This document shows, piece by piece, positions 37,745-48,321 of a stretch of 64,000 nucleotides of DNA. The stretch comes from Thermoplasmata archaeon. GTDB taxonomy: Archaea; Thermoplasmatota; Thermoplasmata; Lutacidiplasmatales; UBA184. Position 1 is the first letter of the stretch. Each line of letters begins with the position of its first letter. Location: positions 30,733-94,732 of the forward strand of contig JBAQAF010000015.1 in assembly GCA_049285595.1 (NCBI GenBank), written 5' to 3'. The notes beneath the pieces were generated by a model that made no database searches, was not told where the DNA came from, and saw nothing but the letters and a program-made list of their open reading frames with translations. The position numbers and the translations under genes are program-made.

Positions 37745-38609
37745 TGATGTGCCGGAGCACCGGGTACATCGATTTGAGTGCGAGGCTCACCTGGTCGATC
37801 GTCGCCTCGAGCTGATCGGTCGTGAGCCCATCCTGGAAGTTGATCCGCAGCGCGACGAGCGCGTCGTCCGGCCCCAGCAGCATCGACTGCGCGGAGCGGA
37901 CCCGGGCCACGCGGGGGTCGCGTTCCACCAGGGTCACCATCGATAGGGCGACCCCGGGATCGAGGGCCCGTCCGATCAGGTACTCCCGGCTTTCCGCCGT
38001 GAGCACGAACCCGGTGGCCACGAGCAGGAACCCTTCGAGCGCGGCGATCGCGCCGTCGAGCGCGTAGTCGTGCGTCCGGTAGATGACTAGGAGCCCCGCG
38101 AAGGCGATCACCGCTCCGACGATCGAGACGAGATCCTGATAGAACACCGACTTGAGCCCCTGGTGGGCCGACTCGAGAAGCGTGGCGAGCGTCTCTCGGG
38201 CGATCCGGAGTTCGCGCAGCGTGATCCAGATCCCGACCATGCTCACGGCCAGCGTCGCGCCGACGACGAGCAGGCCCTCCCCGATGTGCGTGACCACGTG
38301 GGGGTCCGTCGCCTGCTCGATCCCGGTCACGAGCGCGACCATCCCCGTCGTGGTGAACGTCACGACGATCGAGACGAACGCCCAGAAGAACCGCTCCTTG
38401 CCGAACCCGAACGGATGCTCGTGGTCCGGGGGCCGGCGGGAGAGGTAGAGCCCCCAGAGCAGGAGGCCGCTCCCGGTGAGGTCGGTGATCGCGTAGATCG
38501 CCTCGGCGAGGACGACCCGGCTGCCGGACTGGACAGCGACGAACAGATTCAGCGCGAACAGTCCGGCGTTGAGCAGCAGTGTTGCGACAAGGATCACCTG
38601 CGGTCGCAT
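37725..38609 (-). CDS. Cation diffusion facilitator (CDF) family transporter
   Basis: TM1-2 LNLFVAVQSGSRVVLAEAIYAITDL, HEHPFGFGKERF, and a C-terminal cytoplasmic domain. Confidence 0.75.
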   Translation of the reverse strand: MRPQVILVATLLLNAGLFALNLFVAVQSGSRVVLAEAIYAITDLTGSGLLLWGLYLSRRPPDHEHPFGFGKERFFWAFVSIVVTFTTTGMVALVTGIEQATDPHVVTHIGEGLLVVGATLAVSMVGIWITLRELRIARETLATLLESAHQGLKSVFYQDLVSIVGAVIAFAGLLVIYRTHDYALDGAIAALEGFLLVATGFVLTAESREYLIGRALDPGVALSMVTLVERDPRVARVRSAQSMLLGPDDALVALRINFQDGLTTDQLEATIDQVSLALKSMYPVLRHIIIEPES

Positions 38610-38749
38610 CGTGCCTGGAGTGTCCCTCGGGAGGCATGAGCACCGCGACCCGGGCGATAAAGCGTTCCTCGGGAGCGGGCGCTGGTCGCTGGGGAACCGC
38701 GGGGACCAACCATTAAATCGCGCGGACCCGTGCGCGGCCGTCGGCGACC

Positions 38750-39712
38750 ATGAGCTCCCCCCACCCCCACCCCGCCCCCGGAACGATCCGCGGGTCGTCG
38801 CCGATGCGCTACGCCCGCCCTCCGCTCAGCCTTCTCGGGCTTTCGCCGGGAAAGCGGACCCGTCTACGACGCCTGCTCTACGATCACGGCCCCGGGGGCG
38901 GAACGCTCCTCGCGCTCCCGATCGACCAAGGCCTCGAGCACGGGCCCGGGGATTTCTTCGCCAACCCGGCCTCGCTCGACCCGAGGTACCAGTACGAGCT
39001 CGCCCGGGACGGGAACTTCAGCGCGATCGCGCTGCACATCGGGCTCGCGGAGAAGTATTTCTCCGAGTTCGCGGGCGACGTACCGCTCATCCTGAAGCTC
39101 AACGGGAAGACGGCGATTCCGTCCGACGCCCAGGCGTTCAGCCCCTTGACCGGGACGGTCGAGGACGCGGTCCGTCTCGGCGCCGATGCGGTCGGATACA
39201 CCGTCTACGTCGGGTCGCCCGCCCAAGACCGCGACCTACGGCAGTTCATGGAGGTCCGCCGCGATGCGGACCGCCTCGGCATGCCCGTGATCGTCTGGGC
39301 GTATCCGCGCGGGGAGGCGGTCGCGAAGAAGGGGGGCAAGGAGAGCCTCTACGCCATCGATTACGCGGCCCGGGTCGCCCTCGAGCTCGGCGCGGACATC
39401 GTGAAGCTCAACTACCCGATCCCCTCGGAGAAGGACGCGGAGAGCCCGGCGCCGTACAACAGCCTCCACCTCTCCGCCGAGGACGCATTCCGCAAGGTCG
39501 TCGAGAGCGCCGGCCGAGCGCTCGTGCTCGTGTCGGGCGGCGAAAAGATCGGCGACGCCGAGCTCCTCGCCAAGGTTCGCTCGTCGATGCACGCAGGCGC
39601 GACCGGCATCATCTTCGGGCGGAACCTCTGGCAGCGGCCGCGGGACGAGGCGCTGCGGCTGACGCGAGAGCTCCATGCGATCTTCGGAGAGTACGCCCAG
39701 CCTGTCGCCTAG
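38750..39712 (+). CDS. DhnA-type class I aldolase family (archaeal Fba or ADH synthase)
   Basis: [14 protein letters not shown] ... [11 protein letters not shown] ... [12 protein letters not shown] ... IVWAYPRG ... VKLNYP match the archaeal class I FBP aldolase/AroA' family. Confidence 0.7.
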   Translation: MSSPHPHPAPGTIRGSSPMRYARPPLSLLGLSPGKRTRLRRLLYDHGPGGGTLLALPIDQGLEHGPGDFFANPASLDPRYQYELARDGNFSAIALHIGLAEKYFSEFAGDVPLILKLNGKTAIPSDAQAFSPLTGTVEDAVRLGADAVGYTVYVGSPAQDRDLRQFMEVRRDADRLGMPVIVWAYPRGEAVAKKGGKESLYAIDYAARVALELGADIVKLNYPIPSEKDAESPAPYNSLHLSAEDAFRKVVESAGRALVLVSGGEKIGDAELLAKVRSSMHAGATGIIFGRNLWQRPRDEALRLTRELHAIFGEYAQPVA

Positions 39713-40337
39713 GCCGCCGATCCGCCTGCTCCTGTTGCTCGCCGGCGAGGACCATCCGAAGGCGTGCACCGGGCGGCGCCTCCTTCATCGGGGCTGGGTT
39801 CGGGCCGTCGCCCGGATCGGCGAGAACCGGAGTCGGCCGGTCGTTCTCGACCCGCACGCACCGAGTCCCCTCTCCGGGGCCGACCGGGCTCAGGCCAAGG
39901 ACGACGGGCTGCTGGTCGTCGACTGTTCGTGGAACCGCCTAGCGGAACGAGGATCGCTCCCCCGAACGGTCCCGTCCGCGCGGGACGGAGCGATCCGGCG
40001 ACGTCTTCCGATCTTGGTCGCCGCGAATCCTCAGCATTACGGCCGGCTCACGGAACTCAACACGGTCGAGGCGCTCGCGGCGGGGCTCTTCGTGCTCGGA
40101 TACCCCGCGGCGGCGGCGCAGATCCTCGAAGGGTTTCGTGGAGGAGGCGGGTTCCTCGAGATCAATCGCGAACGACTCGACCGGTATCGCGCGGCCGAGA
40201 CGCCCGACGAGGTGAGGGAGGCGGAGCGCGCGCTGTTCGGCGGTGGACCGGCCCCGCTCAGCGGATCGTCGCCGACGGTCGCTCGATCGACAGGTGGTCC
40301 ACGGTCACCGCGCCGAGGTCGACGATCCGTCCGCTGA
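39675..40337 (+). CDS. Tsr3-like (DUF367) rRNA aminocarboxypropyltransferase homologue
   Basis: [10 protein letters not shown] ... VVDCSWNRL ... [30 protein letters not shown] resembles the Tsr3 core. Confidence 0.45.
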   Translation: MRSSESTPSLSPRPPIRLLLLLAGEDHPKACTGRRLLHRGWVRAVARIGENRSRPVVLDPHAPSPLSGADRAQAKDDGLLVVDCSWNRLAERGSLPRTVPSARDGAIRRRLPILVAANPQHYGRLTELNTVEALAAGLFVLGYPAAAAQILEGFRGGGGFLEINRERLDRYRAAETPDEVREAERALFGGGPAPLSGSSPTVARSTGGPRSPRRGRRSVR

Positions 40338-41154
40338 GCGGGACGGCGGCGACGAGGATCCCGCCGTGCTGTTCGTAGACGCTCGTGGTGTGGAGCGTGA
40401 GGCAGCGGTCGCCGAAAACCCGGCGCCCCGCGATATCGGGATCGTGGCCGCGCAAGAAAACGGAGAGGCCGCTCCCTGCCAGAAACGCCCGGAGCTCCTC
40501 CTCGGTGAACGGGTCGACCACACCGCGTCGGATCGCGGAGGCGCCGCACTCGGCCCAGACGATCTCCGAAAGACGATCGTCGTCGACCCGGTCGAACGCG
40601 GAGGTCCACGGATTCGGGAGCGGACCCCGGGGGAACCCCGCGTGGGCGAAGTACGCCCCGCTCGGCGTGTAGGCCGCCAGGGGACCGCGCTCGAGAAGCC
40701 CGACGAGTCGGCGCAGGCGGGCGGCATCCTCCCCCCACAGTTCCGCGACCTCGCGCGGCAGGTCGCGGGGGCGCACGCCGAGGCGCCGCGCGGTCTCGTG
40801 ATTCCCTTGGACCAGGAACACCCGGTCCGGCCATCGCGCGACCGCGCTGAGGAGGAAGAGGGCGTTGACGACGGAGCCGTGCGGCAGGTCGGTCGGGCTA
40901 CGATCCACATAATCGCCGAGGCCGATCAGGATCGCGTTCGGTCCGGCCGCCTCGAACCGGGCCACGACCTCGGCGGTCGATCGCCAGTCGCCGTGCGAAT
41001 CGCCGAAGACGATCGCCGTGCCCTCGTGCGCGATGCCCACCTCCGCGAGCGCCGGGCGCTGCGGGACCTCTCGTTCCAAGCGCTCCAGGAGTTGGTCCGC
41101 TCCCGCGGCATCGAGCCGGCCGAGCTCCTCGGCGCTCGGGGACAGAGCGCTCAC
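40258..41154 (-). CDS. Calcineurin-like metallophosphoesterase
   Basis: GDSHGD, GDYVDRS and GNHE motifs are present in order. Confidence 0.65.
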   Translation of the reverse strand: MSALSPSAEELGRLDAAGADQLLERLEREVPQRPALAEVGIAHEGTAIVFGDSHGDWRSTAEVVARFEAAGPNAILIGLGDYVDRSPTDLPHGSVVNALFLLSAVARWPDRVFLVQGNHETARRLGVRPRDLPREVAELWGEDAARLRRLVGLLERGPLAAYTPSGAYFAHAGFPRGPLPNPWTSAFDRVDDDRLSEIVWAECGASAIRRGVVDPFTEEELRAFLAGSGLSVFLRGHDPDIAGRRVFGDRCLTLHTTSVYEQHGGILVAAVPLSGRIVDLGAVTVDHLSIERPSATIR

Positions 41155-41606
41155 GCGGGCCGGTCCGGCGGGAGGGGGAATGCGGGGGGCCGGAGTTTCC
41201 GCCCGGTGGCCGTACTGGCCAGCCGAACGTTTGAACCGGCGAATGCCCTAGGCAACAGGGTCCTAAGCCCTGCCTCGATGGCCCCGGCGGCGACGCCGCG
41301 CGGTTTGGCCGGACTGGAGCACCCCCGCATCGGAAGATCGGAACGACCCGTAGAGTAGCCCCGGCAGGAGTTCCGGCCGGCGGGTGCGCGGTGGCCCGCG
41401 GCGTTCGAACCTGCGTCGCGAGATCCAGAGTCTCGCATGATTGGCCACTACACTACGGGGCTACGACCCGTGCCAGCGTGGAGCCGTTGATAAACGTTGC
41501 CGAGCAGAAATCCGGCGACCGCTCCCGGGCCGCCGGAACGACCGGCCGAACCGCACCCACAAATAGACGGGGGCGGTCCGTCGACCATCCCAATCCGGGG
41601 GGTCGC

Positions 41607-43343
41607 ATGGCGGAGAGGGACCCGGCGCGACCGTACCTTCCGTCATTTTCGGCCCGCTCGGCGGCCCTGTATCTCGCGATTCCGACGTTCATCGGTGCGA
41701 TCGGGCTCTCCGGTTTCGGTGGCTCCCTCGACGGGATCGCGCTCCTCCTCCCGACCGCGGCGATCGACGTCAGCTTCTCGTTCCTGAGGATGTCCGCCGC
41801 CTACGCGGCGTCCCTCGGCTTTGCGCTCGCGTACGGCTACTACGCCGCGACGCACCGTACGGGGGAACGCGTGATGATCCCGGTGCTGGACATTCTCCAA
41901 TCGGTGCCGATCCTCGGATTCTTCCCGGTGGCGATCTACTTCTTCGTGGATCTCACCCCGGCGGTCAGCTGGCTCGGTCCGAACATCGCCTCGGTGTTCC
42001 TGATCTTCACGTCGATGTCCTGGAACATGGTCTTCGGCGTCTACGAGTCGCTGAAGACCCTCCCCGGCGAGCTGAAGGAAGCGGCCGACACGTTCGGCGC
42101 GCGCGGCGGATTACGGTTCCGCCGAGTCCTGTTCCCCGCGACCGTCAATCGACTCGTCTACAATTCCGTGCTGTCGTGGACGGGAGGCTGGTTCTTCCTC
42201 GTCGAGGCCGAGATCTTCACCACCAACACTTCGCCGCTGCGGGGGATCGGCAGCTTCCTTTCCCTCTCGGCGAGCACTCACAACGCGGACGCCTTCCTCG
42301 CGGGGATCGTCGTCCTGGTCATCGTCATCGCGATACTCGATTTCGTTGTCTGGCGTCCTCTCGGCCGGCTCGCGGAGCGGTACCGGTATGACACGAGCCC
42401 CTCCGGCGACTCCGCGATGCTCACCCCCAACCGGGACGCCTCGGGACGATTCCACCGCGCGGCCGCCTACGTCACGCGGGGGGTGCGCACGAGCGTGTCG
42501 TGGATCTCGACCCCGCTCGTGCAGCTCGCTTCGATCACCGTGCGACCGGTCCGCCGACCGTCCGAGTTCCAGCGGTCCGCCTTCTACTATCTCGCCCTCG
42601 GCGCGATCCTCGTCGTCGTCTGGTTGATGATGATCGCGATCACGGTCGCGGTCTTCCGGGTCTTCACCGGACCGATCTCAGATTCGGTCCGCCACCAGAT
42701 CCTCCTCCTGCCGCTCGCGATGGGGGCGTCGACGCTACGCATCACGGCGGCGTACGCGCTCTGCCTAGCGATCGCGCTCCCGCTCGCGATCTTTCTCGCC
42801 CGACGACCGCACGCCTCGCGCGTGGGGCTTCCGATCGTCGAGGTGATCGCCTCCTTCCCAGCGACGGCCCTGTTCCCCGTGATCATCTTCGAACTGATCC
42901 CGTACATCGGCGCCGAGGGGGCATCGGTCCTGATGCTGCTCACCGGAATGATGTGGTACCTCTTCTTCAATCTCCTCGCGGGAGTGCGCGGGCTCGCGCC
43001 GGATCTGGAAGAGGCGGCCCGGTCGTTCGGGCTGAAGGGCCGCCAGTTCTTCCGGCGCATCATCCTCCCCGGGATCTTCCCCGCGCTCGTCACCGGATCG
43101 ATCACGGCGTTCGGCGGCGGGTGGAACACCCTGATCGTCGCCGAGTATCTGCAGGTCGGCACGAATCATTCGTTGAGCCTGCTCGGGATCGGCCAGCAGA
43201 TCGACATCGGCTACGCGGAGGCCGGAGGGACGCCGTTGATGGTCGCGGCGTTGTTCACTCTGGTCGCGAGCGTGATCGTCATCAACGAGGTCATATGGAA
43301 GCCGCTGTATCGGCGGGCCGCCGAACGGTTCCGGTACGACTGA
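41607..43343 (+). CDS. ABC transporter permease with two fused permease domains (NitT/TauT-like)
   Basis: Two tandem 6-TM ABC transmembrane-type-1 modules, each with the EAA-like loop (EAADTFGARGGLRFRRVLFP and EAARSFGLKGRQFFRRIILP). Start at ATG 41607. Confidence 0.7.
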   Translation: MAERDPARPYLPSFSARSAALYLAIPTFIGAIGLSGFGGSLDGIALLLPTAAIDVSFSFLRMSAAYAASLGFALAYGYYAATHRTGERVMIPVLDILQSVPILGFFPVAIYFFVDLTPAVSWLGPNIASVFLIFTSMSWNMVFGVYESLKTLPGELKEAADTFGARGGLRFRRVLFPATVNRLVYNSVLSWTGGWFFLVEAEIFTTNTSPLRGIGSFLSLSASTHNADAFLAGIVVLVIVIAILDFVVWRPLGRLAERYRYDTSPSGDSAMLTPNRDASGRFHRAAAYVTRGVRTSVSWISTPLVQLASITVRPVRRPSEFQRSAFYYLALGAILVVVWLMMIAITVAVFRVFTGPISDSVRHQILLLPLAMGASTLRITAAYALCLAIALPLAIFLARRPHASRVGLPIVEVIASFPATALFPVIIFELIPYIGAEGASVLMLLTGMMWYLFFNLLAGVRGLAPDLEEAARSFGLKGRQFFRRIILPGIFPALVTGSITAFGGGWNTLIVAEYLQVGTNHSLSLLGIGQQIDIGYAEAGGTPLMVAALFTLVASVIVINEVIWKPLYRRAAERFRYD

Positions 43344-43382
43344 AGGACCGGCCGTCGACGCACGGTCGCGCGAGGCAGTACG

Positions 43383-44180
43383 ATGACGCTCATCGGGATC
43401 CAGCACGTCGACAAGAGCTTCCCGTCGCGCCACGGCACGATCACGATCATGCAGGACATCTCGTTCAACGTAAAGGACGCAGATTTCCTCGCGATCGTCG
43501 GTCCGTCCGGGTGCGGCAAGTCGACGCTCCTCCGCTTGATCCAGGGGCTCGACCATCCGTCGGCCGGCAACATCGAGTTCCGCGGCAAGTCGGTCGACCG
43601 GGTCTGCTCCCAGATGGCGATGGTCTTCCAGAGCTTCGCGCTCTACCCGTGGCTCACGGTCGCCCAGAACGTCGCCTTCGGGCTCGAAGCGCTCGAATGG
43701 CCCGCGGACCGGATCGCTACGCAGGTCGAGCGGTACGTCTCCGTGACCGGGCTCGAGGGATTCCAGGAGGCGTACCCGCGCGAGCTCTCGGGGGGGATGC
43801 GCCAGCGCGTCGGCCTCGCCCGGGCGCTCGCCGTCGAGCCGGCCGTACTCCTCATGGACGAACCGTTCAGCGCGCTCGACGCCCTCACCGCGGAGAGCCT
43901 GCGGGAGGAGATCCTCCAGCTGTGGAGCGACCCCCAGCTCCCCCCGGAGGCGGTCGTCCTAGTGACCCACAACATCGAGGAGGCGATCCAGCTCGCCGAC
44001 CGGGTCATCGTCATGTCCCGGCGCCCGTCCCACGTCCTCGCCGAGGTCACGATCGACCTCCCCCGTCCCCGGGACCGCAAGAGTCCGGCCTTCTACGACC
44101 TCACGGACCGAGTCTACTCCCTCATCACCGAGGGCGGCACTCCCGTGCCGTCCCCGCCCGAGGCGAAGCACCCCGCTTGA
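43383..44180 (+). CDS. ABC transporter ATP-binding protein (NitT/TauT family)
   Basis: Walker A GPSGCGKST, signature LSGGMRQRV, Walker B LLMDEPFSALD, and the H-loop. Confidence 0.85.
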   Translation: MTLIGIQHVDKSFPSRHGTITIMQDISFNVKDADFLAIVGPSGCGKSTLLRLIQGLDHPSAGNIEFRGKSVDRVCSQMAMVFQSFALYPWLTVAQNVAFGLEALEWPADRIATQVERYVSVTGLEGFQEAYPRELSGGMRQRVGLARALAVEPAVLLMDEPFSALDALTAESLREEILQLWSDPQLPPEAVVLVTHNIEEAIQLADRVIVMSRRPSHVLAEVTIDLPRPRDRKSPAFYDLTDRVYSLITEGGTPVPSPPEAKHPA

Positions 44181-44223
44181 GAGGCTATATACAAGCGCCC
44201 GGGTAAGGACAACCTCGACGACC

Positions 44224-44832
44224 GTGCCGACCAGCTATCCGAAGTGCAGCCCGACGGAAATGCTCGGCCTGCTCGTGCTGCTCGACTCCCATCATGGGTC
44301 AGAAGATGTCGCGCTCCTCGCAGACGATCTCGACCTCGAGATCGATGAGATCTTCCCGGCACTCGAGTACGCCGAGATCCTCCAGCTGGTCAAAGTCACC
44401 GATGGGCGCGCGACGTTCACCGACCTCGGGAAGCGCCTCCTGGCAGGGACGATCCGCAGCCGCAAGGCGACCCTTCGTGAGCAGCTGCGGAAGACGACCC
44501 TGTTCAAGACGCTCGTGCGCGCGCTCGAGAGTGCCCCCGAGCACCAACTCAGCGATCACGACCTCGCCCAGATCGTCTCGCTCACGACGACGCCGAGCGA
44601 GGAGGCGGTCCAGAACATCATTAACTGGGGCCGCTACGCCGACCTCTTCCGCTACGACGCCGACAGCCGTCGTTTGCTCGCCGTTCGGCCCCCCGCAGCG
44701 GCGAAGTCGGGGGGCGGCAAGGCCCCGCCCCCTTCGCCCCCGTCCTCCGCTCCCGCGCCCGGGGATGGGAAACGCGCGTCGCCGGCCGCCGCGGAGAACC
44801 CCGCAGCAAAGATGGCCCGGGCGAGTGCATAA
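44224..44832 (+). CDS. AAA-associated C-terminal domain protein (accessory to NitT/TauT ABC ATPases)
   Basis: LLVLLDSHHGSEDVALLADDLDLEIDEIFPALEYAEILQLVKV ... resembles the standalone or fused AAA_assoc_C module seen with this ABC family. Has a low-complexity tail. Confidence 0.4.
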   Translation: MPTSYPKCSPTEMLGLLVLLDSHHGSEDVALLADDLDLEIDEIFPALEYAEILQLVKVTDGRATFTDLGKRLLAGTIRSRKATLREQLRKTTLFKTLVRALESAPEHQLSDHDLAQIVSLTTTPSEEAVQNIINWGRYADLFRYDADSRRLLAVRPPAAAKSGGGKAPPPSPPSSAPAPGDGKRASPAAAENPAAKMARASA

Positions 44833-44914
44833 CTAACCCCCCGGCCGCCACCAGCTTCCTGACCGTTCCGTCACACCCTGGGAACCCGCGGGGACGTCCC
44901 CCCTCGGAGCGAAC

Positions 44915-45475
44915 GTGGCCGATCTCGTGATCCGGGGAATCCCGGGAAGCCTTCGAGCGAATGCCTACTCGAGCGGCCTGTTGCGAGCCGCCCAGGAACT
45001 CGCTCCGCAGGGAAGCCGCGTCGATATCGCCGACAATCGCGGGTTCCCCGTCTTCAACCAGGATGAGGAGGGGACCGCGCCCGAACCGGAGCGCCGGCTA
45101 CGGGAGCAGCTCCGGAAGGCCGACGCGGTCCTCTTCTCGATCAACGAACACAACTACGGCCTCTCCACCGCGGAGAAGAACCTGATCGATTGGGTCTCGC
45201 GGCCGCACGCCGAGAGCTCCTGGAATGGAAAGCCGGCCGGGATCATGAGCGCCTCCGTCGGGATGATCGGCGGGGCTCGAGCCCGGTACGAGCCGCGCCA
45301 GACCATGGTCTTCCTCAACATCTTCCCGATCAACCGACCCGAGGTGATCGTCCCATTCGCCGCCCAGAAACACGACGCCGAGGGCCGCCTCGCCGACGAG
45401 GTGACCCGCGCCATCATCGGGAAACATCTCGTCGAGCTCGTACGGTTCGCCCGCGTTCTCTCCCGCCCCCCCTGA
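44915..45475 (+). CDS. NADPH-dependent FMN reductase
   Basis: 186 aa flavodoxin-like fold: MADLVIRGIPGSLRANAYSSGLL ... ADAVLFSINEHNYGLSTAEKNLIDW ... GKPAGIMSASVG. Confidence 0.7.
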   Translation: MADLVIRGIPGSLRANAYSSGLLRAAQELAPQGSRVDIADNRGFPVFNQDEEGTAPEPERRLREQLRKADAVLFSINEHNYGLSTAEKNLIDWVSRPHAESSWNGKPAGIMSASVGMIGGARARYEPRQTMVFLNIFPINRPEVIVPFAAQKHDAEGRLADEVTRAIIGKHLVELVRFARVLSRPP

Positions 45476-45535
45476 CGGCGCCGCGCCGGCCGTTTTCCAA
45501 ACACTTATGGGGGAACGGTTCTCCCCAGCGGCGGT

Positions 45536-45607
45536 GGGCACGTAGATCAGCGGAAGATCGCTGCTTTCGCAAAGCAGAGGTCGGGGGTTCAAATCCCCCC
45601 GTGTCCA
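45536..45607 (+). tRNA. tRNA-Ala (anticodon CGC)
   Basis: 72-nt cloverleaf. Acceptor GGGCACG/CGTGTCC with the G3:U70 Ala identity pair, D-arm GATC/GATC, anticodon stem CTGCT/AGCAG with loop TTCGCAA (anticodon CGC), T-arm GGGGGTTCAAATCCCCC, and discriminator A. No encoded CCA. Confidence 0.85.
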
Positions 45608-45707
45608 TTACTCCCAGTTGTTACACCGATTCATCCCGGCGACGCGATTATGAGATTTTTCGACCCCATCACGGGGTCAATTCGACCCCTTGGTCTCAGG
45701 AATCGTC

Positions 45708-46031
45708 TTATCGAGCCCTTCCGCGTCCATGTTCGTGGCTCTTTCTCAGCCCGAGGCCGGCGAGCAACTCGTCCTTCTCCTCCCGGCGGGTGCGGTCCTG
45801 TTCGCGGAGGCCGCTCACCAGGAACCGGCGTAGGTTCTCGTCTCGTAGAATCCAGCCCTCCCGAACGTGCTCCACGAGCGGTTCGAGACCTTTGAAAATC
45901 GTCAGCACCTGGATCGGCTGCGCTTCGATGGCCTTCGAAACCCGGTAAGCGCTCAGGGGCTTAGAAGTCGCCGCAAGGGTCTGGAGCGCCTGCGCCCGGA
46001 CCCGGCCTCCGAACAGTCGTTCGAGCTCCAT
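45708..46031 (-). CDS. Small winged-helix-like DNA-binding protein (hypothetical regulator)
   Basis: 107 aa. LSAYRVSKAIEAQPIQVLTIFKGLEPLVEHVREGWIL has an HTH and wing-like pattern, plus a basic C-terminal tail. Sits within the low-GC islet. Confidence 0.4.
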   Translation of the reverse strand: MELERLFGGRVRAQALQTLAATSKPLSAYRVSKAIEAQPIQVLTIFKGLEPLVEHVREGWILRDENLRRFLVSGLREQDRTRREEKDELLAGLGLRKSHEHGRGRAR

Positions 46032-46040
46032 GTCGGAGAC

Positions 46041-46080
46041 ATGTCCTTTTGGTATAATATAATATAAATATAATTAACGA
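46041..46080 (-). promoter_or_regulatory. Strongly AT-rich TATA-type promoter of the wHTH gene
   Basis: ggtataatataatataaatataattaacgag lies 10-50 nt upstream (minus orientation) of the ATG at 46031. It is by far the most AT-rich 40-mer in the window. Confidence 0.45.
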
Positions 46081-46500
46081 GTTGCTCCCACGCTCTAGCT
46101 CCGCCCTCGCACTTCGCGGCTTTGCGCAGGCGGGGGGAGCGACGTACGGCTCAGGGCCGAGGAATCGGCTTTCACGGACACATCCCTATGCGAGTTCGCG
46201 TGGCAACTCCTCTGTAATCGAACCCCCTAGGTACCGACTCCCTGGGGAGACGAACATTAGTGGGGCCGGATCTCCGATTGTGCTCCTTGAAGGCGAGCCA
46301 GTCTACGCTGTTGTCCGGAAGGGGGTAGGTTGATACCCGACTCCCGGCGAACGAACTCTATCCCCTGAATCAGCGGCTCCCGCCGCCATGGAATCCGAGT
46401 GGACGAGCCCTAACGGCTCGGCTGCCGCGTGTAGTCCGCGGGGGGCAGAAGGAATTCCAATCGAAGAACACGCAGTTATATTTCGAGGGGAGCGGCTGCG

Positions 46501-46863
46501 GTGATCATGAGCCAGAACAAGAAGGTCATCGAGTCCCACCTGGCCGCTCGGAATCCCTCGAGGGCCGCTGAATTCCTCGCCGACGACTTTGAGTGGATCG
46601 AGTGGGGCGACGGCGTCCCCGCCACGGGAGTTCGAACGCTCGGGAAGGCCGCGTTCGTTCAGAACTTCGGAGACGATGAACTTCGGAACGAGATCGTCCG
46701 GATGACGGAGGAAGACGACGTGGTGGTTGTCGAGGGCCTGGCTCACGTCCATAAGAAGGACGGCCGCAACTTTGCCGTTCGGTACTGCAATATCTTCGAG
46801 CTGGAGAACGGAAGAATCAAACGAAAGTCGTCCTTCGGGGCGTTGCTCAAGGACTCCGCGTAG
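46501..46863 (+). CDS. NTF2-like/SnoaL-like small protein
   Basis: 120 aa. Pattern KKVIESHLAARNPSRAAEFLADDFEWIEWG ... VVVVEG ... RYCNIFELENGRIKR is typical of the NTF2-like fold. A TATA-like ttatattt sits about 25-30 nt upstream. Confidence 0.5.
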   Translation: MIMSQNKKVIESHLAARNPSRAAEFLADDFEWIEWGDGVPATGVRTLGKAAFVQNFGDDELRNEIVRMTEEDDVVVVEGLAHVHKKDGRNFAVRYCNIFELENGRIKRKSSFGALLKDSA

Positions 46864-46919
46864 GGACGGAGTGGTCTTGGACAGGGGTGGATTAGCGTGG
46901 GGTCGACTGAGAACTGACC

Positions 46920-47873
46920 TCACCCCTTCTTCCCTGGACGTTCAAAGAGCTCGATCCACATCCCATGACCCAGCTCCGGAGGGATCACGACATTGCGTCC
47001 CAACGGACCCACCGACTGTTGGAGCATTCTCGCTCGGTCTGACGACATCGAGCGGAGCGCCGAATCGATGCTGGATACCTCGAGACTCACTCCCGGAACC
47101 TCGATTTGGGATCCGTGGAGTGCGAGGAGCGACGGCAGGGGGCCCTCTGGGGAGGTGCTTTCCATCAGTCGTAGCGAGCCGCGATCAAGCGCAAGCTCGA
47201 CCGCTCGGCACTCTAACCAGTCTATCTGAAACTCTCGGACCCGCCGAAGCCCGAGGGCTCGGTAGCTAACCAGGGCCTTGTCGAGATCCTCCACGGCAAA
47301 CCAAGCCGAGGAGAAGCTCTGGGCACCGTTGGGGTGAGGGGCTTTTCGCCCCTCGTCGTATTTCCGGACGCGCTCGGGTTCTTTGGCAGCCCAGTCGGCT
47401 CGGCCGGCGGCATTGTACTCGGTGAAGAACAGGGGGTCGCTCCGGGGAGAGGCTCCGTGCTGAATAGTCACCGAGTTCCAGAGGGCAGGAGACCTCTCGG
47501 TGCGACCCTCGTACTGGATGGTCCCCGGAGTTGGTCCTCCAATCTCAAGGCCGATACCGCGCAGACGGTCTGCCACCTCAGCGGCAGAAGTTGTCTCGAG
47601 TCCGACGTACATGGCTCCTTCGCCCTGGGCGAGAAACTCCTCGTTGTCCTGGATCTGAGTGCTCCCGGGCCGGTAAACACTGACGAGCTCAAGATACGGG
47701 CCGGGCGCCCCGAAGGGAATGATGGCGTTCTCAATCCCCATCGGAAAGCGGCTTCCGGAGAGAACTCGGAATCCGAGTCTAGCGAAGTCGTCCGAGGCGG
47801 CCTGGAGATCGCGAACCATGACCATCGCATGGTCGAGCTTGAGCCCGCTCATCGAGCCGGGGCCGATGGACAT
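46920..47873 (-). CDS. Two-domain VOC/glyoxalase-like protein
   Basis: LKLDHAMVMVRDLQAASDDFARLGFRV (domain 1) and AWFAVEDLDKALVSYRALGL (domain 2). Confidence 0.5.
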   Translation of the reverse strand: MSIGPGSMSGLKLDHAMVMVRDLQAASDDFARLGFRVLSGSRFPMGIENAIIPFGAPGPYLELVSVYRPGSTQIQDNEEFLAQGEGAMYVGLETTSAAEVADRLRGIGLEIGGPTPGTIQYEGRTERSPALWNSVTIQHGASPRSDPLFFTEYNAAGRADWAAKEPERVRKYDEGRKAPHPNGAQSFSSAWFAVEDLDKALVSYRALGLRRVREFQIDWLECRAVELALDRGSLRLMESTSPEGPLPSLLALHGSQIEVPGVSLEVSSIDSALRSMSSDRARMLQQSVGPLGRNVVIPPELGHGMWIELFERPGKKG

Positions 47874-48321
47874 CGAGTGGCCTTAAGATTTCACTGGGCA
47901 GAGAACTGTACCGTCCATAGGATTGGCGGGTGGACGCGATCCGGCAGCCAATATACGGGCACCGCACAGCAGATAGTCCTCGCTACCGACCCGATCGGTG
48001 ACTGAGGGTTTTCCGACGCACCTCTTCCTCGAGCGAGTCCGTCGCCCGCTCCCGCCGTCCCGGAGGTGCACGTACCGCCGGCTGAATCCAAAGCGAGGAG
48101 CCTCGCGCCACGGCCTCCAGTTCCTGACCGTTAGTCCAGCCCAGTTCACGGACCCGCTTCGGAGGAAGGGACACGGTCCAGCGGTAGTATGTGATCCCCT
48201 CGTAAACACGGTTCACGACTTTGTGAAGCCTCATCGCCCGCTGAGTCCGAGTTGGTACGCTCGGTTTAGTCTCCTAAATGGACACTCCCTTAAATAGGCC
48301 GCCACTCGGTACGAGGGGTGG

